From Octopus vulgaris (lineage: Eukaryota), in NCBI GenBank assembly GCA_951406725.2, contig OX597829.1:32550001-32614000 (forward strand): DNA of 64,000 bases, given 5' to 3'. Every line of letters starts with the position of its first letter. The first letter of the stretch is position 1. Below, in pieces: positions 56,467 through 64,000 of this stretch. The notes under the pieces are model-generated. The model was not told the origin of the DNA. It was given only the letters and a program-made list of their open reading frames with translations, and did not search any database. The position numbers and the translations under genes are program-made.

Positions 56467-56470
<4 letters not shown>
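56170..56470 (+). mobile_element. Family H dispersed repeat (diverged)
   Basis: Same layout as 8200-8510: CACTGTCCTGTT...GCGGGAAGGACTGTT...CAACTGAAGAAGGG...TGACCTGTACCCAT. Confidence 0.55.
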
Positions 56471-56530
<60 letters not shown>

Positions 56531-56589
56531 TATGTAGGTATGTACATATAAGTATGTATATATGCATATATTTATATATTATATGCTGA

Positions 56590-57407
56590 AATAAAACGCA
56601 TTAGCAAAATGTTTTCTGTTATTCGAAAGAAATTTTTGTTCTACAAAATAGTATATTGATTTTAAAATTTCATTGATTTTTGTGTATTTTCAGATCATTA
56701 AAATGGAATGTCAAGTGAACAAAACTGAGCATTTTCGACCCCATTTACTTTTTGCATTTAATCGAGGTGTTAAGGCTGCTTGTGAGATTTGTGCTGTGTA
56801 TGGAGAAGGAGCAATGCCCCAAAGTACTGCCCACCGTTGGTTTTCGTGCTTTAAAAATGGGAATCTTGACCTCAAAGACAGATTACACACCAGTCAACCA
56901 ACTGAGTTCGATGAACCTTGCCCATTGAGTGAAGGTGGTTCACCACAGATTTTTTATCACAATCCATTTGCTTCGCCAATTTCCTGGTCGTTTGACGTGG
57001 ATTTTCATGAAAAAATTTTAATCAATCGCTCTTCATCGAACTCAATTGGTCCACCAATATAATCTGTCCTTGAGATTAAAAAATCCCCTTTCTTAAAGCA
57101 CGAAAACAAATGGTGGGTGGTACTTTAAGGCATTGCTACTTCTCCATACACGGCACAAATCTCACGAGCAGCTTCGGCGGGCTTAATACCTCGATTAAAT
57201 ACAAAAAGCAAATGGGGTCGTAAATGCTCAGTTTTGTCCACTTGACATTCCATTTTAATGATCTGAAAATACACAAAAATCAATGAAATTTAAAAAATCA
57301 AAACACACTACCTTGTAGATAAAAAATTCCCTTTCAAATAACATTTTGCCAATGCATTTTTAAATTTGAAAAAGAAAAAAACGCTCATGAATTATTCCTT
57401 AACCCAA
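56590..57407. mobile_element. Mariner-derived fold-back element (two 5' halves facing each other)
   Basis: Plus arm ATG 56703 MECQVNKTEHFRPHLLFAFNRG...ICAVYGEGA...HRWFSCFKNG (mariner HTH); minus arm ATG 57253 with the same peptide continuing to ENPRQTTRKLA...HLHSMGKV; TIR-like end TTGGGTTAAGGAATAATTCATG plus TA at 57408-57409. Confidence 0.9.
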
Positions 57408-57413
57408 TATATG

Positions 57414-57499
<86 letters not shown>

Positions 57500-57609
57500 G
57501 TAAACAGTATTATAGATCCATTACTGTTAATTTTACCTATCAGTTTCACACTAGGTACAAAATTTGGGTGTTAGATAACTGCGGGGCTAACGCCAGACCC
57601 TAAACAGAA

Positions 57610-58230
57610 AACCCACCGGAAAGTGCGGTGGTTTACACACCCCCTCTTACTTAATCATAAAATCTTGGGTAAAATATCTATTAGCTTTGCGGATAAACAC
57701 TTTCCCTGTACGGAAATGATCAGTAAAATTTTTAATAGATACATCTTAAGAATTTCCTCTAGCTGTACATCTAGTATAAAGAAAGTATTAATAGATAGGC
57801 CTACACCAAGATAGAAGTAGGATGCTTGTGTGTAGGTAAGCTACATGTCCCGTTAACGGCAACAGCAACACGGAAACAATCATATATGAGACAGAGATAA
57901 CATCAAAGGGCCCAAAAGGACAGCTAAACATGCGAAAGTTTGTGGGAACGACAGAAGGTTTATTCAGGACCAGATTCAATAGCCATAACCCATCCTCCAA
58001 TGTCTAAGAGAGAGGTGAAATATCACTGCCCTGGGTAGGAACGTATGATCGTGTCACGGTGTACAGCATAAAGTGAAAAACCAGAGAGAAATACAAGGCT
58101 TATTTTAATAGCAGCAGAAAATGCAGATTATGTTCAGCCGAGAAAAGAATCTTCGAAAATGCTCAGAACCTAGATAGGTATCTAAACTGTGAGGTTTTTA
58201 GTCCTTGCACTCATAAAACAAGGTATGTAT
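57610..58230 (+). mobile_element. Penelope-like element relic (GIY-YIG endonuclease region)
   Basis: Decayed frames read RKVRWFTHP, KHFP, CVCR*ATCPVNG, TIIYET, FVGTTEGLFRTRFNSH, CRLCSAEK, CTHK, in the PLE linker/GIY-YIG order. Confidence 0.75.
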
Positions 58231-59142
58231 CATACCTACAGGCCTGATTATGACGACTGTAACCATTAGTTTTTCCAACTACGGCCCTCACACCATCGTA
58301 TCTAGAGAATCCCGCAAAAAGGTTTAAAACAAAACATAAAGAAACGAACACACAAATGTGCCCAAACATATGCTTCAAGGCTTTAAGGCTCGAGTCCATC
58401 CCCATCACAAAAAAAAAACCTCGACGCATATAGATTTACACATTCCAACCCTACACAAATACCACCTCAAAACCCTTGCACATATTTCAGAATTCTCTTG
58501 CGGCCTTGCAGCATCTCAGAGAATTTAGGGCCAAAGTACTTAACTCTTGATAAAACCCTAGCTGTGTCCGCCCTACATAGTTTTGTTTCGTCTTTTTCAC
58601 AACACCCTAAAACTAGATGTGACTTTATTAACCTCCAATAAGAGAGGGCATTCACTAAACTGCTTTTCCATATCTGCTATTTCTGAAGAGCATGCGGTTT
58701 ATTTAACTGTGTAGTTATCTAGCTGTCGGTTCAGCAGCCAGTGTGAAACCGATTGGTAAGATCGGCCGTAATGGATCTATGATACTGTATACTTTAATAT
58801 ACCCATTCTATAGACAAATATACGAGTGCTTATATTTTTTGACTTATAGATTCTAAGGTGACTCTCTCTTTCTCTCTCCACACACACACACACACTTGCA
58901 TTCAACGCACACACATGTATATAGATATGCATACATACATATGCATACGTACATACATGTGTGTGTGTAGTGACTTTTGTTCTCCAAATTCTTAACTTTG
59001 CTTTGACCCCCACCTACAACATCGAGAAGAGGCATTTTCTTTTTTTAGCTAAAAAGGAAGTATAGTATTGTTAAAGTTTATCTCAGTTTCCATAAGGACT
59101 AAATCCAGTACCATGAGGTAGTCTAACGCGGAGATATTTGTC

Positions 59143-59226
<84 letters not shown>

Positions 59227-59682
59227 AGACCCTGGATGTTTTGCGTTCTTGTCCCATTTTTGTATTTATATATATATATATTTCCGTTATCGACGGCGCC
59301 TGATTGCCAAAATATATCCATGCTTCCTGCAGTTATCTTCTTCCAACTTCATCCTATTGCTTACAAAATTTATTTGATTATTCGCTTGTTCTTTAATTTG
59401 GCTAGTATCCTCTATCGAGCCCTGCACCATGACTACGCCACTCAGTATCATCCTATCAACATCACATCTCTGCCTTGCTTTCTCTTATCTATCTGTATTG
59501 CTACCTATCTACTTTTCTTTCATTTCTCCTTATCTGCTTTCCATAATAGACTGACCCAACCCTTCTCCCTCACCTGTCCTACAATATTCCTTACCTTGAA
59601 CTATATTTAGCAGATTTTACCAACCAATGCATGGCAGTTTGACTAATACATGTATACATACATATACAAGTTATACGCACAA

Positions 59683-59713
<31 letters not shown>

Positions 59714-59778
59714 CATACATAAACATAGCTACATAAACAACCCACCCCCGTACATACATACCTACATAAACATACCCC

Positions 59779-59822
<44 letters not shown>

Positions 59823-59865
59823 CTGTATGTGTGTGCGCGTGCAATATAGGCAAATGTGTGTATGT

Positions 59866-59917
<52 letters not shown>

Positions 59918-60469
59918 GTTATACGCATGTATGTGTGTGAACTGACGTGAATTGCTCTAAATTTGGCTTGTAGTAACCAAAACATATTTAAACGTGAAAT
60001 ATGTTCACACATCTCTACAAACATATATTGAATAATGATCGATAATTGTGAGGAACTATGCTATTCGCTAATCGCTTTACCTGTTACGCTCACTCATTTG
60101 TTTCTAAGACGAGTGGGTAGCTGACCAATCAACTGAACTGAGCAGTAAATCGATCAACTGAGTCTCTCACAGACATGTGCACCCTTAACGTAATGACCAG
60201 GCGTCAGACAGAGAGTGATGAGTTTGTAACAAAATATGCCTTTTAAATTACAGGTATGGTCAATGTTATATCGGAGTATAACAGTAACACTAATCGTCGT
60301 GTTAGATTTTCGGTTGGTCTTGACAATTACAATTCAGTCTTTTGAACAGAAGACTACATACTTGTAAGAACAAGATCTAGCAACAAAATATGAATCTACA
60401 AACATTTACATATGATTCTACATGAAACACTAATGGAGAAACGCATATCTAATTGAGTTTGTTTTAAGC

Positions 60470-60670
60470 TCTTGGGCTCCTAGAACCAGTTATCAGGTCT
60501 CCATGGCGTATAAGCGACTGAGATCACAACGCCTCCCCCTAAACGGATCTCAGGGTTTCTCTTAACTCTGAGTAGACTGAAGAAACATGTTATGGAGTGT
60601 TTTGCTCAAGAGCACAATGTGCAACCCGGCCAGGTAATCGATACCGCGATCATGATTGCGACTCCTCAAC
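60470..60670 (-). mobile_element. SINE family D, degenerate
   Basis: GAGTGTTTTGCTCAAGAGCACAATG...AATCGATACC homology to 38270-38500. Confidence 0.65.
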
Positions 60671-61524
60671 CAGTCACGATCCTTCCCTAACGCCATAAAG
60701 AAATATAATAAATAACAGGTGCGTAGAAGTGTTATAATAGTATTTTTGTTTAGTTTTTAACTAGAATTATTTTAGAATCCGGTATTTGTGTTTCGAAGTC
60801 TGCAGTTTCCACTGACAAGAAAGAATACGATATTAGCATAATATATGGATCGATTTCCATTTTGCTTCACTTGAGGGCGTTTTACAAGGCAGTCTGTCGC
60901 AAAGCAGTATATACAAGTAGAGACAAATAACATAGGTGGGACAAAATAAAGGACGGGGAGCGAAATACGTGCTGTAAAACAATCAATGTTTAGTAAAACA
61001 AAACTTGTATGAAATACAACAAAAATGTTCATATAATAAAGGGCACCAGGAACTTTCTCTTAAGGAAATTTACGAATATTCGTTTTACTATTTGATTTTA
61101 AAACGTTACTTTCCTTCACAATACTACCAACGTATTCAAACATTGTTTATTGTATGTTGCTTTCAGTTGAGTTGGGGATCCCTCAGACAATGTCAATTCA
61201 TTTTGCCGCGACGATGTCAGAATTATGAAGATGTAAAACTTATTAAAATTATTATGAAAACAGACATTATGTGATTGTCAAAATTTCATTAATATGTATT
61301 TTTATCTAGTAAATGTTGCTTTGATTTCAATATATACTTGTATTTCAATGAAACAGAGTATTATTCTGGGAATTAAATAACGGGTCATGCATTAGTTGTG
61401 CGTAAAAAGCAGTTCTTGTGACGGGGGAAAACACAGAGAAGAAGGGGGTTTTTTCTGCATCTCAGACATCTTATAATACACATTCCTTGTGGACGAGACA
61501 AAAGTTCCTGTTTTACATATTTTG

Positions 61525-61628
61525 CTCAAATTCCGCCGAGGTCGACTTTGCCTTTCATCATTTTGAAGTCGGTAAATCAAGTCCCCACCCAGCAAATTTC
61601 AGGCCGTGTGTCTTTTAGTAGAAAGGAT
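61525..61628 (+). mobile_element. SINE family C fragment
   Basis: CAAATTCCGCCGAGGTCGACTTTGCCTTTCATC. Confidence 0.7.
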
Positions 61629-61880
61629 ATTTGGCAAAAAAAAAAAAAAAAAAAATACTGGATCTAATTTTTTTTCTTGCTGGATCAGGTCACTTAATAA
61701 AAGAGTATAATGAAAAAATATTTACTTCTTACCATCTAAAAAGAATGATGACATTTTCGAAGAAATGAACCAAGTTTTTAATTAATCAGGAAAAAGATTA
61801 ACGCAATTCAAGGAAGAAAATTATTTCTCAGCGATATTTTCCTGCTTTCAAAAAAAGAAGAAAAGAAAGAAAGAAAGATA

Positions 61881-61919
<39 letters not shown>

Positions 61920-62371
61920 CTTCGGAAATGATGAGCATCACGATTTAGCTCATATTTCAAGTAATTTTTAAAATATCTCAAGCAAAAAATTTGGCGATTT
62001 CAATTCTCCTGTGAGGTACCCCAAATTTGTTACATAGAGAAAACATAACGAACCTTTTTATTATCTAACGAAAATATTTATTCACCACCATTCGAGTTGG
62101 AATAATAAATTTTATTTTGAGTGTTAGATTTTTTAGTTTTTTTTTTTCTTTTTTCAATGCAGTTAAAGGAAAAAATTATAACCCTTTATTTGACTACAGA
62201 AAATGACAGAAAACTTTTAACGTACGGCTGTAAATAAAAATTAATATATGAATGCAAGCCAAATTTTAACCCTTCAAACTCATACTATTTGGATTTGCAT
62301 CTTCTTTAATAGAAAAAGAACAAAACTACCAACCATAAATTAATCCTTGTTTCTCCAATATTTTTCTTATT

Positions 62372-62512
62372 ATTTACATTATTTACATTAGACGGATATT
62401 TGTCCTCATCTTGTTTGTTATTAACACAACGTTTCGGCTGATATAACCTCATCAGGTGTTTTGGGGAAATTTCGAACCTGGATTCTCATTCCTAAGGTAT
62501 TTTTCGATGTTA
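62372..62512 (-). mobile_element. Family F hammerhead-containing short element
   Basis: Reverse complement of 51412-51553; adjoins (ATT)n at 62511-62583. Confidence 0.8.
62423..62460 (-). ncRNA. Minimal type I hammerhead ribozyme motif, intact core
   Basis: Minus strand AACAC-CTGATGA-GGTT-ATATC-AGCC-GAAA-C-GTT-GTGTT; 5-bp stem I, palindromic AACGTT. Confidence 0.82.
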
Positions 62513-62519
62513 TTATTAC

Positions 62520-62583
<64 letters not shown>

Positions 62584-62844
62584 GTTAAAGTCACTGCCTG
62601 AAATATATATATATATACATGTATATATAATATATGTGTATATATATGTATATGTAATATATATGTATATATATGTATATATAATATATGTATATATAAT
62701 TTCACAAATAGGCAGATCCGTTTATCGGATCAACTGGAACCTTCTTCGTAACCGACTCGCTTTTGCATATATTCTTTTATTCTTTTACGGGTTCCAGCCA
62801 GAGGCTAGGGCCATGCTGGAGCACCGCCTCTCAGTGTTTTTTGA

Positions 62845-64000
62845 GTTCCCTTTCAGTATTACTTTTGGTGAAGAAGCGAGTTGGATGAAGCTACTCTTCT
62901 TTCTGCTTCCTGTCGTAATGTGGGCTCATCTGGGATTTCAGACAGAAATTTGTCCAGGTGATGTTTGAACGTTTCCACATCTACACTTTGCAGATCTCTT
63001 AGATTCCTAGACAGAATGTTAAACAGTTGTGGTTCCGTGAAAAACACGCTGTTGCAATACTGGGTCCTTATCTGAAATGAAGAAGACAGTATATTTGGTA
63101 TTATGCAGTACCGTTCACTTCAATGGTTGGTATAGCTTTTAATTCCAAAGTTAGGAGCTAGATCTTTCAGGATCTTTCATATGCATACCACTGCAGACTC
63201 TTCTCGCCTTCTCCCCAAGTAGAGATTCAGTCCTTGTAGCCTCTCCTAGGAGCTCATCTGTTTCACCGAGTCAGTCTTCTTTGTGTAATGGCACTGGATT
63301 GCCTCAAGTTCCGCCACCACAGTTGAGAGCAATAATCCAGACGACCGAGGACAGATGTCCTCCATAGAAGTAGCAAGGTATCCTTATTTCTGGTTCTGAA
63401 TGATCTAAGGATCTATCCAGCTAATTGCCTGCACAGTGTTGCCTTCCTGATAATATGCACATGGAATGTTGCATTACTGCTCATGTGGATTCTCAGGTCA
63501 CTTAATGATTCTACCTGTAAGACTGCACTATTCTCTTGTCTTATGTATTCCAATTGTAGTCTGTTTGTGGGCCGATAGCGGAGTGCATGAAGCTTATCAG
63601 CATTGAACTGCATCAGCCCATTTACATTTTACATGCAGATTATTTTGCTGTTTTACTATGTTATCAGGGTCCTTGACCGCCTGAGATACTTTTGTATCAT
63701 CAGCGTAGCTGGTGAGAGTGGCTTACTGTACCACTGACGGCATGTCTGAGAGAGCCACTACAAACAGTAGTGGTCCCAGTACAGTTCCCCAGAGAGAGAG
63801 AGCGTTTTTTGGCTGCAACTGCCTGATTTCTGTTCTTTAAGTCGTGCAGCTACCCTCTCAGTTTTCCAGTGATACCAAGGTTGCGTAGTTTATGGCATAT
63901 CATCTCAACTTTATCGAAGGCCTTGGCAAAGTCGAGATACATCACATCCACATTTCAGTGGCTGAGCTGTTATTTCAGTACCCAATCATAATGTTGTAGC
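62845..64000 (-). mobile_element. CR1/L2-group LINE relic (RT domain to 3' end; continues beyond the window)
   Basis: Minus strand DVMYLDFAKAFDKV, GTVLGPLLFVV, SYADDTKV, MQFNADK, FKHHLDKFLSEIPDEP; frameshifted. Confidence 0.9.

Overview
AT-rich, microsatellite-dense eukaryotic DNA. Its SINE families and microsatellite load look like an octopus (coleoid cephalopod) genome, which is an inference from repeat content. Only one convincing host coding exon is visible: minus strand, 42676-41464, low-complexity, ending in a GTAAGC donor, gene unidentified. The rest looks intronic or intergenic. It holds four SINE families, decayed non-LTR retrotransposons (R4/Dong-like REL, RTE, CR1/L2-group, Penelope-like GIY-YIG), DNA-transposon relics (Helitron, Tigger/pogo, mariner fold-back, several MITEs) and many simple repeats. 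Almost all ORFs in the supplied track are microsatellite artefacts. The most interesting signals are: (i) minimal hammerhead-ribozyme motifs in short dispersed elements, including a possible core-variant family and a possible split or permuted form; (ii) a twin-priming-type inverted copy of the host exon, flanked by a 23-bp direct repeat, inside a Tigger relic about 12 kb from its source; (iii) (AAT)n-associated insertions of a Dong/R4-like LINE. All coordinates and alignments were read by eye, so element boundaries are approximate.
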